Positions 9,026-19,096 of a stretch of 64,000 nt of DNA are shown here, piece by piece. Location: positions 128,001 to 192,000 of the forward strand of contig CBFGIT010000001.1 of assembly GCA_965648905.1 (NCBI GenBank). Direction: 5' to 3'. The notes beneath the pieces are model-generated. The model made no database searches. It worked only from the letters and a program-made list of their open reading frames with translations, and was not told where the DNA came from. The position numbers and the translations under genes were made by a program. The first letter of the stretch is position 1, and each line of letters starts with the position of its first letter. The DNA comes from a candidate division WOR-3 bacterium. GTDB lineage: Bacteria; Hydrothermota; Tepidihabitantia; Tepidihabitantales; Tepidihabitantaceae.

Positions 9026-12000
9026 CTAGAGACCTGACCGGTCGACCCAGGCTTCCTTCTTCAACGCCGGGAACTTGGCGTACTGGGGCCAGTCGAGGAA
9101 CTCACCGACCTGGTTTCTGACCCAGTCAGCCAGCGCGTCTCCGGCAAGGCCTTTCGGAGGCAACTCCAGATTGCCCGCAGCCTGCGAGACCGCCTTGTGC
9201 TTTGCGTCCACAAGCTCGTGTTCCGATGTCCCAACTGTGAAGCCGGGCTGCGAGGAGAGATACATGAGGACGTAGCTATACGCCTTACGCTCCTGCTCGC
9301 TCAACGCTGCCTCACGCTCGCTGATAACAGCCAGCAACCGACCTCGAAGCCCAGCGTCATGCATCAAAGTATCCATGGCTTCTTTGCGGTTTTTCCCGAG
9401 TTCGATGTCAGCAATACGGCCGACTTTGACCTTGCAGTACCCATATGCCGTCACGCGGTCCTTCTCGTAGCGCCGGATGACTCCCAAAATCGAGCCAAAC
9501 AGCAGGGCCTCAAGTGACTCCTTGGCGACGTGCGCGTCCTGTTCGGAGTACAACACCAGGTCATCAAATTGCCCTTCCCAGCGCTTGTCCAGGTGGAGCG
9601 GTATCTGGTAGTAGAGCTTGCCGAACTGCCGATTCTCACGCAGGTCCCGGTAGAATGAATAATAGGCATCGTGACAGGCACCGGAGACGACCGGTACGGC
9701 CGGCAGAGGAAAGGCATAGCAGATTGTGTACAAGAACACCTCACTCTTCCGTGTGGACTTGAGAACCTGAAGCTGGTAGTCACGGGAGGCCAGCGCACCG
9801 CCAAGCTCCTTCTCTAGTGCATCAACGGTGTTCTTGTCCGCATCGGCTGATACACCCAGGTAGGCTTCGCGCTTAGCTTTGACCGGCTTGCCACCAAAGT
9901 GACCGGTCAGCTTGACCAGGGGCAGTCCGGCCAGAGCCAGATCGGTCGCCCAAGCCTTCAGGGACTTCTTGGTGAACTCGGGGTGGGTAAGCACGTCCTC
10001 GTCGCGCGGGTATGAAGCAAAGTCCTGAGTGAATCGGTTGTCGCAGAACTTGGCAAGCAGCGCGCGTACCCTCTCCATGCTCTCTTGAAAACGGAAGTCA
10101 GCAAACTCAAGCAGCGACATTGGTCTTGGCAGCCCTTCGTGGGCCAGGAAGCCCTTGGCTTCGCTTGCGGCAGACACTGGTTCTCCACGGAGCCTGTAGA
10201 AGCCGGGCCAGTCGCGGTCATAGTTGAATATGCGTATGAAGAGCACATCGTCACCAGGGCGGAGGCGTGCGGTCTTTTCTTCCAAGAACGGCCCAGTCAT
10301 GGCCTCCATGTCGGTTAGGAATTGTGGCAACCGGGATGTGCGACTGACAAGATACGACGCCGCATCCATGACCGCCTGCTGGCACAGCCCGTAGAGCACC
10401 GCCTCGGCTCGGGCAAAGCCAAACTGCGCCTCGGCGTCCTTGACTTTGTCGGCAAGCAACTTGACCGAGAAGTCGCGTTCGTTCAATAGGCCGACCTTAC
10501 TGTTCGTCACAGCCTCGGTGAGCTCGTCAAGGAACCGGTCCCTCTCTCCCTGCCAGAGACCGGCGTCCTTCTCGGCCCTTTCGCGGCGCTTCGCGCAATC
10601 GGACTGGTCGGACGTGAACACGGTCTGAAGCTGCTCTTGGATTCTCGCCAGATACCCGGTCTTCTCGGCCAGCAGCCCGCGCAGTCCTCGTCCCGGTTCC
10701 TCCAGGCACCTGACCAACCATTGCTCCATTACGGTCTTCAGTTGCTCGGTGACCGCGGGCAGCTTCACCTTGAGCCGATGCGGAATATTGATGTCGGCGT
10801 CCAGCCGAGCCGTGTCCATGCCAACGTAATGCGTGTCCACGTCGTTGAGCGCCTTGCGTGCTTCCTCGATGTCGGCAAGCGTGCAACTGCCGGCTTTCGA
10901 GCGCAGGCCGGCAACTGCGCTGTCTGCTGCCTGCGTGAGTTTGTCGCGCCAGCCGGTGTCGAATCTGCGCGCAACGCCATCCAGCGTGAGCCCGAAGTCA
11001 GCCAAGTCGTGCTGGATGCTTCCGACCATGTCTGGGTCGGCGCAAGGCCGGACCCAGTAGCTGGCAATGTCGTGGCCAAGTTGGGCAGCGCAGGCGCCGC
11101 GGAGGGCATCAACCGGTATCTCAATCTTGCTCATGCCAAATGACCCGTAGCGCCGTGAGTACTCCTGAACCAGAGCCATCTGATCAACCTTGACGTTGGC
11201 GCCTTCGCCGCCTTCTAGGTACTGAACAACGTTGCTGTAGCTTGAGCGCTTGATAGTCGAGAAAGCACTGGGCATGAAGTCCATGTAGAGCGACTCGGCA
11301 ACCATGCGGAATAGCTCCTTCCTGGACTTGATGCCAACCTTCTCGTTCTCGGCACCAAGAACGTAAGTAACGTCAACCGGTGGACCCACGAGGGATTGCG
11401 GGTCGCCTTTTGTCCAGACTACATCGAACGTGGCTATTCCCTTCTTGCGTTTTTCGGACCTGGCCTGGCTGTCACCGGTCTGCTCACTGCCGGAATCGGC
11501 CTCGTCCACACAGAATGTGTAGTGCTCAAGCTCCTTGAGCGCGGCATAGGCATTGGCATAAGAGCGCTTGGACTGCTCGTCACTGAGGCTGCGGAAGTAT
11601 ACATCCGGCAGAACGCAGATGCCGGCAACGTGTTTGAACTGCTTCTGCATCTTTTTCTGAAGCAGAGTCAGCAGAAACGTCGTGTCCAGGAACGAACCGC
11701 CGCCCGTGCCACCCGCGACTGAGAAAACAATGAACACCTGAACGCCCAGGTCGAAGTCGTTCATTGTCGTTCCCGGCAGGAACTCCTGGGTCGCGCGGAG
11801 GTCCGGGAGCATGAGGAGGTCCCGGGAGAGCTTGTCGATGATCCCTTGCACCCGCTCGTGGTGGTAGAAGAACGCCAGCCGACCAATGGAACGGACGTTG
11901 CCGGCACCATCAGAGATTTTCCCGCCTTTCCGCTCTACTTCCGGGTACAGCCAGTCATGAATGTAGCCCCAGCGACCCCTGTTGTCAAAGACGTCAACAA

Positions 12001-12274
12001 AAGCCTGTCCAACTTCACCCTCGAGCAGCGCAAGGCTGTCTGTGTCAGTGAATCTGACCGACTCGTAGATGATATCTAGTGGCTCTCCCCACGCGCCTCC
12101 AGCTCTGATGTCGGTATCCAGCCACAGGTAGGCAACGCAAGGCAACCCGGGCATGTTGAAGTTCTCGTAGAACTTTCTTCGGAGCCGCAGCAGTACTTCC
12201 TTCCCGGTTCCGCCCAGGCCGATGAACAGGGTCGGCCTGATTGCACCGCCCTTCTCTTCTCTTGCAGGTGGCAT
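9026..12274 (-). CDS. Tubulin/FtsZ-like GTPase (Tubulin_2-type) with long helical C-terminal region
   Basis: PTLFIGLGGTGKEVLLRLR, DGAGNVRSIGRLAF, FSVAGGTGGGSFLD, ANAYAALKEL. GGAGG RBS. Confidence 0.9.
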   Translation of the reverse strand: MPPAREEKGGAIRPTLFIGLGGTGKEVLLRLRRKFYENFNMPGLPCVAYLWLDTDIRAGGAWGEPLDIIYESVRFTDTDSLALLEGEVGQAFVDVFDNRGRWGYIHDWLYPEVERKGGKISDGAGNVRSIGRLAFFYHHERVQGIIDKLSRDLLMLPDLRATQEFLPGTTMNDFDLGVQVFIVFSVAGGTGGGSFLDTTFLLTLLQKKMQKQFKHVAGICVLPDVYFRSLSDEQSKRSYANAYAALKELEHYTFCVDEADSGSEQTGDSQARSEKRKKGIATFDVVWTKGDPQSLVGPPVDVTYVLGAENEKVGIKSRKELFRMVAESLYMDFMPSAFSTIKRSSYSNVVQYLEGGEGANVKVDQMALVQEYSRRYGSFGMSKIEIPVDALRGACAAQLGHDIASYWVRPCADPDMVGSIQHDLADFGLTLDGVARRFDTGWRDKLTQAADSAVAGLRSKAGSCTLADIEEARKALNDVDTHYVGMDTARLDADINIPHRLKVKLPAVTEQLKTVMEQWLVRCLEEPGRGLRGLLAEKTGYLARIQEQLQTVFTSDQSDCAKRRERAEKDAGLWQGERDRFLDELTEAVTNSKVGLLNERDFSVKLLADKVKDAEAQFGFARAEAVLYGLCQQAVMDAASYLVSRTSRLPQFLTDMEAMTGPFLEEKTARLRPGDDVLFIRIFNYDRDWPGFYRLRGEPVSAASEAKGFLAHEGLPRPMSLLEFADFRFQESMERVRALLAKFCDNRFTQDFASYPRDEDVLTHPEFTKKSLKAWATDLALAGLPLVKLTGHFGGKPVKAKREAYLGVSADADKNTVDALEKELGGALASRDYQLQVLKSTRKSEVFLYTICYAFPLPAVPVVSGACHDAYYSFYRDLRENRQFGKLYYQIPLHLDKRWEGQFDDLVLYSEQDAHVAKESLEALLFGSILGVIRRYEKDRVTAYGYCKVKVGRIADIELGKNRKEAMDTLMHDAGLRGRLLAVISEREAALSEQERKAYSYVLMYLSSQPGFTVGTSEHELVDAKHKAVSQAAGNLELPPKGLAGDALADWVRNQVGEFLDWPQYAKFPALKKEAWVDRSGL

Positions 12275-12285
12275 GTTATCCTCCT

Positions 12286-12885
12286 CTAGTTTCCTTTAGC
12301 ATCTTGCCTGGTCCTGCCAGACCCTGGGTCGGCAACGTCCGGCCGGGAGAACCTGCTGCCCGCAGGCTCGGCCTCCTCGGTTCCGGTGGACCAGTCGCTG
12401 TTGTCTTCAGCCGTCGGTGTGATTACCGGCAGGACGAACCAGCACAAGGCGGCAGTTGCTGCCGCGACAACGATAGCTACGAGAATCAGCACCCAGCCCA
12501 GCGCGCGCGCCATCAGCACTATCGCCACGATGAAGAGCAGTCCGGCAGCCCCGGCAAGCCAGTACCAGGAGAATGTGCCGGCCAACCCGACCGCAACCGC
12601 GGCAGCCAGAAAGCACACGGCGTACCCAAGTCCGGCCGAAGCTGCTGAAGCGACCGAGGCGTCCTGACGCAGCAGCTTGCGGTACACACCCCGGCCTGCG
12701 ACCCAGCCGAGGAAGACTGCGACCAGCATTACGACAATCCTTGCTATCCACAGGAACCCTTCAACTAAGTGAGCAGTCACGCTCCACTGCAGCGCCTGGG
12801 TTGTGACTACGAAAGTGCTGATGAACACAAGCGCGATGAATACGAGCCAGTATAACGGGCCGAGTCCATGTCGTTCTTTGGCCAT
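12286..12885 (-). CDS. Multi-pass membrane protein
   Basis: About 5 hydrophobic segments. Start moved from 12915 to ATG 12885, which has a GGAGG RBS. Confidence 0.7.
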   Translation of the reverse strand: MAKERHGLGPLYWLVFIALVFISTFVVTTQALQWSVTAHLVEGFLWIARIVVMLVAVFLGWVAGRGVYRKLLRQDASVASAASAGLGYAVCFLAAAVAVGLAGTFSWYWLAGAAGLLFIVAIVLMARALGWVLILVAIVVAAATAALCWFVLPVITPTAEDNSDWSTGTEEAEPAGSRFSRPDVADPGSGRTRQDAKGN

Positions 12886-12904
12886 GTTACCTCCTGGTAG
12901 GGCC

Positions 12905-14434
12905 TTATGAGTCACTGGGACGACCGCGCCTTTCGGGCCGTTCCTTTCGATCTTCTCTGGTCTTTCTGCGTATCGGACCGCAGACCATCAGTATCGTCGT
13001 GCCGTCGTGCCGCTTCAGAGAGAACTCAAGACCCGGCACTAGTCTGACGTACTCCTGCCCGTCAGTCAGCCTGTACCGCATCGCCGGCCGGAAAACGTGC
13101 CCGACGTCAACCTTCCCCAGCGTATCACGCTCCATAATCAGCTCGCCGGTATCGCTGTCAATCCGGCACTGGACATCCCGGTCGTGCAGCCGGGCAAAGA
13201 CCTGGAGCCGCCGCTGCCCCAGCAATGGTTTGACCAGCCGATAAGTCACCAGGCACGCGGCGATGACCAGTGCCAGTATCACGAGCAGCAGCAGGGCCGG
13301 CAAGGGCCCGTAGTCGGCCTCCAGCGGTATCGTCACCAGAGTGCTGCAACTGACGGTTCTTTCGCTCAACTCAGCGGGCAGTCGGTTGATTCCGAACACC
13401 TTGCCCTCGCGACGAGCATCTTCCGGAGTAGCCGCGTCGTACTTCGTCTGGTACTCGCGCGTCAGCGACAGGTCGCTTGGCCGGATGCTGACGACCACCG
13501 GCAGTTCCATCGGTGCATTGACCCTGCCGCCGGCGAACGCTGCCTTCAGCAGGCTGCCGGTCAGCGTCACCTTGCTCTTGTAGCGCATCTTGAACCCGGG
13601 ACCGGTGCTCTGGCCCGGACCCAGCCCCGGAAGTGTAGTGGGCTGAACGCTGTACTTCACAGGTGCGAGGCCGAGCCCGGACTTGCCTGCTGCGGCCGTG
13701 CGAATCAGTCTTGGCGTGTCGATCTTCGCACTCGAGAAGCTGATATGGCTGAAGCAACTGACGAATCCAATCTGGACCGAATCGCAGATGCTCTGGCCCA
13801 GGATGTACTTGCGGGCCCGGGGTTTGTGCACCGGCTCGGCCTTCACGGTGTTCCGGCCCAGAGGCTTAACGAGGAGTGCTTCGGTCTGGTAGTTCTTCTG
13901 AACACGCCCGGAAAGAGCGCTCTTCATCTGCTCGAACCGCGCGTCCTGGTTCCAGTCAAGCAGCAGCGCATACACGGTCAAGCCCTGTGTTCCCGCAGGC
14001 TGCAGAATCGGAAAGAAGTAGACCTTCTTGACTCGAGGTCCTTTGAGCAACTCGTAGAACTTGTCCAGGTGTGCGCCTTCCGGATTGCCCGGCTGGTGCT
14101 GGATGTTGTCGGTGACAATCCAACCGATGTCGTACTTGCGGTCGAGCACGTACTTCGCCGCCTTGTCAATCTCGGTGAACGACCAGGCGAAGTTCTCGTA
14201 GGCAAAATCCTTGTCGCCTGTTGACTTGACCGGCTTGACTTCTGTGCTGAACACGGCCAGGTCGGGCTTGCCGTACTCGCTGCATACGGCAAGCAGGACA
14301 CGGGTGAGGTCTTCGACTGAACCGCGCTCGAAGTAAGGCTTCATGCTGCCTGACCGGTCAACGAGCACTACCTGACCGGCCAGTGCAAGTTGGCCAAGAA
14401 GGACGAATCCGACCAGCCGTGTCAACCTTGCCAT
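12905..14434 (-). CDS. vWA-domain protein with signal peptide and internal TM helix
   Basis: Signal peptide, then VVLVDRSGSM (DxSxS MIDAS), later WIVTD; TM LPALLLLVILALVIAACLV. Confidence 0.8.
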   Translation of the reverse strand: MARLTRLVGFVLLGQLALAGQVVLVDRSGSMKPYFERGSVEDLTRVLLAVCSEYGKPDLAVFSTEVKPVKSTGDKDFAYENFAWSFTEIDKAAKYVLDRKYDIGWIVTDNIQHQPGNPEGAHLDKFYELLKGPRVKKVYFFPILQPAGTQGLTVYALLLDWNQDARFEQMKSALSGRVQKNYQTEALLVKPLGRNTVKAEPVHKPRARKYILGQSICDSVQIGFVSCFSHISFSSAKIDTPRLIRTAAAGKSGLGLAPVKYSVQPTTLPGLGPGQSTGPGFKMRYKSKVTLTGSLLKAAFAGGRVNAPMELPVVVSIRPSDLSLTREYQTKYDAATPEDARREGKVFGINRLPAELSERTVSCSTLVTIPLEADYGPLPALLLLVILALVIAACLVTYRLVKPLLGQRRLQVFARLHDRDVQCRIDSDTGELIMERDTLGKVDVGHVFRPAMRYRLTDGQEYVRLVPGLEFSLKRHDGTTILMVCGPIRRKTREDRKERPERRGRPSDS

Positions 14435-15876
14435 ATCAGCGCCCTCATCTCCTGCTGGTTGGTGACGTAGATGTGCATGAGGCCATTTCCAATCGGGATG
14501 AACGTGACACCTTCAGCATAGTCCTTCAGTTGTGCCACACGCAGCTCTCCATGTTCGCGTGCCGGGCCGTAGAATCTGATGGTGCCGCCCGCGGTCGGCG
14601 CAACTCGACCGATGGTCACGCCGCTCACATGGCCGGGCAGGCCGTCAGGGACGAGTTCCTCATCCTCTGTCAGCTTAGTGAAGCTGCAACCGCTGTATTT
14701 GACAATCGCCCCCTTGGTGTGGAGTAGTGGTTCACCCGTCTCGCTATCCTGACAAATGACCATCGACTCACCCTTAGGCAGGATGGCAGGTGTACACACG
14801 AGCCTGGAATCGAGACTGCCGATAACGGAGAGCGCCGGCTTTCCGTTTCTCGTCCCAAGCACATAGGCAGAACTAGAGCTCACAAAGCAGGGCATGGTGC
14901 CAACTGCGGTATGCACACCCGCACTCTGCCGTCCCTCCTGGGGTGTCAGGAATGGCTGGAACCCCTTGGGCCAGTCAAGTGCCGCAACGCCGTTGTCTGA
15001 CAACACATGCACGGCCTCGGCCGTGTAGCAGAAAACACGCCCGCGGAAGAACCACGGGCCTGCCACCTGACCTTCGGTGACGACAGGAATTGCCTTTGCG
15101 TTCTCGGGCGCGTCACGCGGAACTTGGACGAGTTCAGCAGCAGTCCCTTTCTGAGCTAGCAGATACCACGCGCCGAGGCTGGGGTCTTCTGCCAGCAGGT
15201 GGCAGTTGTTCTCGATGTCCGACAGGAAGCGGTCGTGTCCGACAGCGGAGCAGACCTGATGCCAGCCCCTGGTCACCAGGTTAACGGCAACCAGATGCTC
15301 GCTGCTGGCAGCCAGCCCCACCGGGACCTTTGTCTTGTCTGACTTGCTCGACCGCACGGAGAGCAGCAGCGAGGAACGTCCGAACTCCTCGGGCAGAGAG
15401 ACAATCAACTCGGCTTGCTTGGCGCGAAGCGCCAGCCGGTAGAAACGGCCGCTTGCGGTCAAGAACCAAAGGAACTGGGCCAACATCTTCGGTGGTTCGC
15501 GGATGACGTCTGGCACTTCAACCAGTTGTGGAGTTGGGGGCTCAGGCAACTGTTTGCCTTCGGTCGAGGAAGGAACCGTAGAGGTCGAAGGGCCGCCAAA
15601 GCCAGGGTAGTACCGACTCAGGGTGCGGCTGATATTGGTGAAGTCGGAGATTCTTGCTCTATTGACTTCCCCGCCGCAGCACCGACAGAACTGCGCCAAG
15701 GTCTGATTGACGGCACTGCACTTCGGCTTCGCGCAGACACTCGCCGGTCGTCCGCACTCAGCGCACCACGCTGCGTTGTCAATACGTTCCATCACGCTGC
15801 TGTTACAGCCTGGGTATGGACAACCAGTCCGGAAACGTTCCGGATAACGTGAATCTATGCCGACGTCTTCTGCCAT
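14422..15876 (-). CDS. Zn-ribbon protein with beta-rich (propeller-like) C-terminal region; first gene of the operon
   Basis: CPYPGC, CAECG, CAKPKC, FCRCCG. Start moved from 16362 to ATG 15876 (GAGG upstream, promoter at 15948-15975). Confidence 0.7.
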   Translation of the reverse strand: MAEDVGIDSRYPERFRTGCPYPGCNSSVMERIDNAAWCAECGRPASVCAKPKCSAVNQTLAQFCRCCGGEVNRARISDFTNISRTLSRYYPGFGGPSTSTVPSSTEGKQLPEPPTPQLVEVPDVIREPPKMLAQFLWFLTASGRFYRLALRAKQAELIVSLPEEFGRSSLLLSVRSSKSDKTKVPVGLAASSEHLVAVNLVTRGWHQVCSAVGHDRFLSDIENNCHLLAEDPSLGAWYLLAQKGTAAELVQVPRDAPENAKAIPVVTEGQVAGPWFFRGRVFCYTAEAVHVLSDNGVAALDWPKGFQPFLTPQEGRQSAGVHTAVGTMPCFVSSSSAYVLGTRNGKPALSVIGSLDSRLVCTPAILPKGESMVICQDSETGEPLLHTKGAIVKYSGCSFTKLTEDEELVPDGLPGHVSGVTIGRVAPTAGGTIRFYGPAREHGELRVAQLKDYAEGVTFIPIGNGLMHIYVTNQQEMRALIWQG

Positions 15877-15947
15877 TCTGGTTCTGATTACCTCACAAAC
15901 TAACGGCTCGTCTCCTCTTGAGGCCAAACTGGCCGACTGAATAGGAA

Positions 15948-15975
15948 AATATACGTACCTTGGCCTGGCAGTCAA
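15948..15975 (-). promoter_or_regulatory. sigma70-like promoter of the tubulin/Hsp70 operon
   Basis: TTGACT-N16-TATATT on the minus strand, about 70 nt upstream of ATG 15876. Confidence 0.55.
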
Positions 15976-16187
15976 GCACTTCCTCGACTCTCCGGAACCA
16001 TCATGGACAACCCACCGAAGTTGTGGCGTGTGGGAGGCATGGATCAAAGGTCGGGAGGTGAATTGGCGCTCGTGGTGGCTCAATTTCGCTTTCAGGACGT
16101 GGACGACTGTGTCGTTGACAGCCCTGGGGGCAGAAGTATACTGCTCCTCGTGACCACGCAGTCTGAGCCGGTTGCCCCAATCCGAGC

Positions 16188-17324
16188 ATGAAGCGCCCAG
16201 GCTTCTGGCGGCGGTCGAGAAGGATGATGCGGAGGCTGCCGTACTCGCTCCGCATCGGGCTTGTGCTGCTCGGCGTGTTCTGCGTTCTGGTGCTGGCCGT
16301 GTACCTGGCTGAGAGGCCGGCACAGAGTCGCGCCGGGCGCCGGTACGACGTCCTGGACGCACTCAGCATGGTGCTTTTCCTGCTGGGGGGCGACCCGGGT
16401 ACCGATGACCCGCTTACCGACCTCGGTCGTGTGCTCAGGCTCATCACTTTTGTACTGGGTGTCGGGTTGGTTGCGGTCGTAATCGGGCGCGTGGCGGTCT
16501 ACATTATGCAGCGGCAAAAGGAGGCAGGAGTGCATCCAGATACAGAAGGCCACATCATCATCTGCGGATGGAACAGCCGCGGTGACCGAATCGTCCGGGA
16601 GCTGCACGCACCGGACGCTGCCCCGGAGACAACAGTTTGCATTATCACCGAGAAAGAGACGAACGAGAAGTTGCTCCGCGACGCGAGCCCGGTTGAGTAC
16701 GAAAACGTGTACTTCGTGAGGCAGGACCCGACGTCTCACTCGGTACTGAAGCAACAGCGGGCGCATCGGGCGCGGAGCGTAATCATCCTGATGGACGAGG
16801 ACTGTCCTGACCCGGACGGCAAGGCCGCGCTGATTGCGCTGGCGATCAGCAACCTGGAGCGCGAGAGCGCTCTCCCCCGAAAGCCCCACATCGTTGCCGA
16901 GGTCGGCAATCACCGCAAGGTCGAGCACCTGAAGGATGCGGGCGTGGACGAGTGGGTCTGCGCCCATGACTTCGGGTTGGGAATACTTGCCCAGGCAGCA
17001 TTGACGCAGAAGATTACCGAAGTCTACCAGCATCTGCTTTCGCGCTCTCCGGACACCAACGAGCTGTACATCGTGGGGCAGTCAAACTACCCGGCGCAGC
17101 TTGTCGGGAAGTCATTTGCCGAGGCCGCAAGTCTGATTTCCCGGAACCGGTCAACCCATAACCCGGTACTGCTGCTGGGCGTCAGGCGCGGCGAGCGGCT
17201 GATAATGAATCCAAAAGGGCACGAGCTGGAACGCATCGAGCCGAACGACGCTCTGGTGGTGATGGCTTACGAGGCTCCGAACCTGGTCTTGCCAGACGGA
17301 GCGACTGATGAGAGTCAGGGATAG
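16188..17324 (+). CDS. Two-TM ion channel with RCK/TrkA NAD-binding domain
   Basis: Two TM helices, then GHIIICGWNSRG, HIVAEV, and C-terminal RCK-C (LLGVRRG...NP). Confidence 0.8.
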   Translation: MKRPGFWRRSRRMMRRLPYSLRIGLVLLGVFCVLVLAVYLAERPAQSRAGRRYDVLDALSMVLFLLGGDPGTDDPLTDLGRVLRLITFVLGVGLVAVVIGRVAVYIMQRQKEAGVHPDTEGHIIICGWNSRGDRIVRELHAPDAAPETTVCIITEKETNEKLLRDASPVEYENVYFVRQDPTSHSVLKQQRAHRARSVIILMDEDCPDPDGKAALIALAISNLERESALPRKPHIVAEVGNHRKVEHLKDAGVDEWVCAHDFGLGILAQAALTQKITEVYQHLLSRSPDTNELYIVGQSNYPAQLVGKSFAEAASLISRNRSTHNPVLLLGVRRGERLIMNPKGHELERIEPNDALVVMAYEAPNLVLPDGATDESQG

Positions 17325-17330
17325 TACAGC

Positions 17331-18278
17331 GTGCTCAGTCGGACTGGCCTGAGACTGCTCGCGCTGATAGCATGCTGCTCGTGCCTGGTGCTGCTCGAGT
17401 GTCCGGAAACGCGAGCACCGGTCTCACCCGTAGACATCGTCCCTGCGGGCAGTGCATTTGTGCTGGTTGCGGACTGGACCGTAACGCGCACGGACGCGTG
17501 CCTGCGGAAGACAGCAAACGCTGATGAAGTCGAGCGGCAGTTGGCCGGAATCGGGCTGGCCGGGGCTGATCTGTCTGAAGTCGCTGTCTGTGCATTAGCA
17601 GCAGACCCGGGTAATTCCGAGGCAATTGTCGCTTCAGGTTCTTTCCGGCCGCGGGCTGTCCTGCAGTCGCTGCGCGAACAGGGCTGGACTCCGCTGACAT
17701 ACCACCGTTACCGTGTTGCCCGGTCCCCGTCCGGCGAAGAATGCGCTGCTGCCATCGGCTCCAATGTCATCGCCCTGGGCAAGGAAGCCGGGGTTGCTGC
17801 CGTGCTCGATGTGGCACGCGGTGAAACCGAACCTTTCACCAGGCAGGAGCCGTACGACCGGATGGTCGGTCGGTACCGGCGCAAGGGACAACCGGTGTAT
17901 GCGGTTGTGGTGGTGCCACAGGAAGCCCAGGACATGGGCCAGGCAGCGCTCAGCCTTTCGGCATTTGGCTGCGGTCTTCTGGGCCTGGACGCAGTCGGCT
18001 CGGTCCTGAGCAGCATTCCTTCAACCAGTGCCATGGGCGTGTGCATCGCCCCGGCCAAGGGCATCTACCGGAGTGAAATAGGAATGGTGCTGAGCGACGA
18101 GAAAGCGGCAAGCATGATTACGGGCAGCATCGGGCTGCTCAAGGGCCTTACCTCGATACTCAGCGGGGGCCACGAAGGAAGAGAAACGCTGGCCCAGGCC
18201 GACAAGCTATCCTCCACCCGCGACCGCGAAATCGTCTACATCGCCGTGATGATGACCGCGGAGGAAGTCCTGCACTGA
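17331..18278 (+). CDS. Exported hypothetical protein
   Basis: 315-aa ORF with signal-like N-terminus, 6 nt after the channel gene. Confidence 0.65.
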   Translation: MLSRTGLRLLALIACCSCLVLLECPETRAPVSPVDIVPAGSAFVLVADWTVTRTDACLRKTANADEVERQLAGIGLAGADLSEVAVCALAADPGNSEAIVASGSFRPRAVLQSLREQGWTPLTYHRYRVARSPSGEECAAAIGSNVIALGKEAGVAAVLDVARGETEPFTRQEPYDRMVGRYRRKGQPVYAVVVVPQEAQDMGQAALSLSAFGCGLLGLDAVGSVLSSIPSTSAMGVCIAPAKGIYRSEIGMVLSDEKAASMITGSIGLLKGLTSILSGGHEGRETLAQADKLSSTRDREIVYIAVMMTAEEVLH

Positions 18279-18378
18279 GCGGAGGCGCCCTACTTTCATC
18301 GCTTCGTGCCTGTCAAGTGATCTTGCAGTCACGACGGTGGTTGCAGAAAGACACGGGTGCTCCGTTCCTCTGTCGGTG

Positions 18379-18774
18379 CTAAGAGGATCGCATTGCTTCC
18401 ACGAACGTGTGTACGCTAACGGCCAGGGCACTCATGGACCTGTCAAGCACGGGCTTGACTGCCTCGGGCGTAGCACAGAACATCTCAATGGTAGCCCAGA
18501 CGTTATCCTCAACCGGGAAAACCTTGGCAACTTTGGTGTCTGCAGTCGCCTTGACCGACGCCATAATGACCTTGGCGCGCTCCTCTTCGCTTTCAATCTT
18601 CCAGAAGTTGGGATACACGATCCTGAAGAACTCCTCGTCTTTGTCCTGCAAGATAATGTAGTAGGTACGACCTTCACGCATGAACTTGACATCGCCGTCT
18701 CGGTCTATCTCGGGACGGTAGCCGAGTTCTGCCAGATACTCTCTGTACATGCCGATTCTAGTTGCCTTATCCAT
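18379..18774 (-). CDS. YbjN / T3SS-chaperone-like protein
   Basis: YLAELGYRPEIDRDGDVKFMREG...YPNFW. Start moved to ATG 18774 (AAGGAG RBS). Confidence 0.7.
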   Translation of the reverse strand: MDKATRIGMYREYLAELGYRPEIDRDGDVKFMREGRTYYIILQDKDEEFFRIVYPNFWKIESEEERAKVIMASVKATADTKVAKVFPVEDNVWATIEMFCATPEAVKPVLDRSMSALAVSVHTFVEAMRSS

Positions 18775-18843
18775 TTCGCCAACTCCTTTGTGTTTGTGTG
18801 TTACCAAGATAGCACAGCTTTGTCCGGTCTTTTGCCGAAACCC

Positions 18844-19056
18844 TCACGGCTGGTGTACACCTCCATATGGGTATCGGCACTTCATGAGTCTCATCACCAC
18901 GAGTCTTAGTGCGGTCGAGACCCGGTACTTGTCTAGGGCTTGCACGGCGTATTCGGAACACGTGGGCGTGAACCGGCACTGCCCCGGGGAGATAAACCTC
19001 GACAGACGCGCCTGGTAGAACCTAATCGCTCCAATCAATACTCGTCTCAAGTGCAC
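18844..19056 (-). CDS. YidD-family protein (membrane protein insertion efficiency factor-like)
   Basis: IRFYQARLS...CRFTPTCSEYAVQALDKY...RLMKCRYPYGG. Confidence 0.8.
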   Translation of the reverse strand: MHLRRVLIGAIRFYQARLSRFISPGQCRFTPTCSEYAVQALDKYRVSTALRLVVMRLMKCRYPYGGVHQP

Positions 19057-19096
19057 CGTATCACGTCGCCTGAAGGCGGACTATGCGAGTTCGTAG

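Noticed and set aside
9026..12274. Calling this gene ftsZ, or 6319-8979 dnaK
   Set aside because: Lengths, motifs and context differ from the housekeeping genes.
15877..16362. N-terminal 162 codons of the 646-aa track ORF
   Set aside because: Overlaps the divergent channel gene and the promoter; low-complexity translation; a better start exists at 15876.
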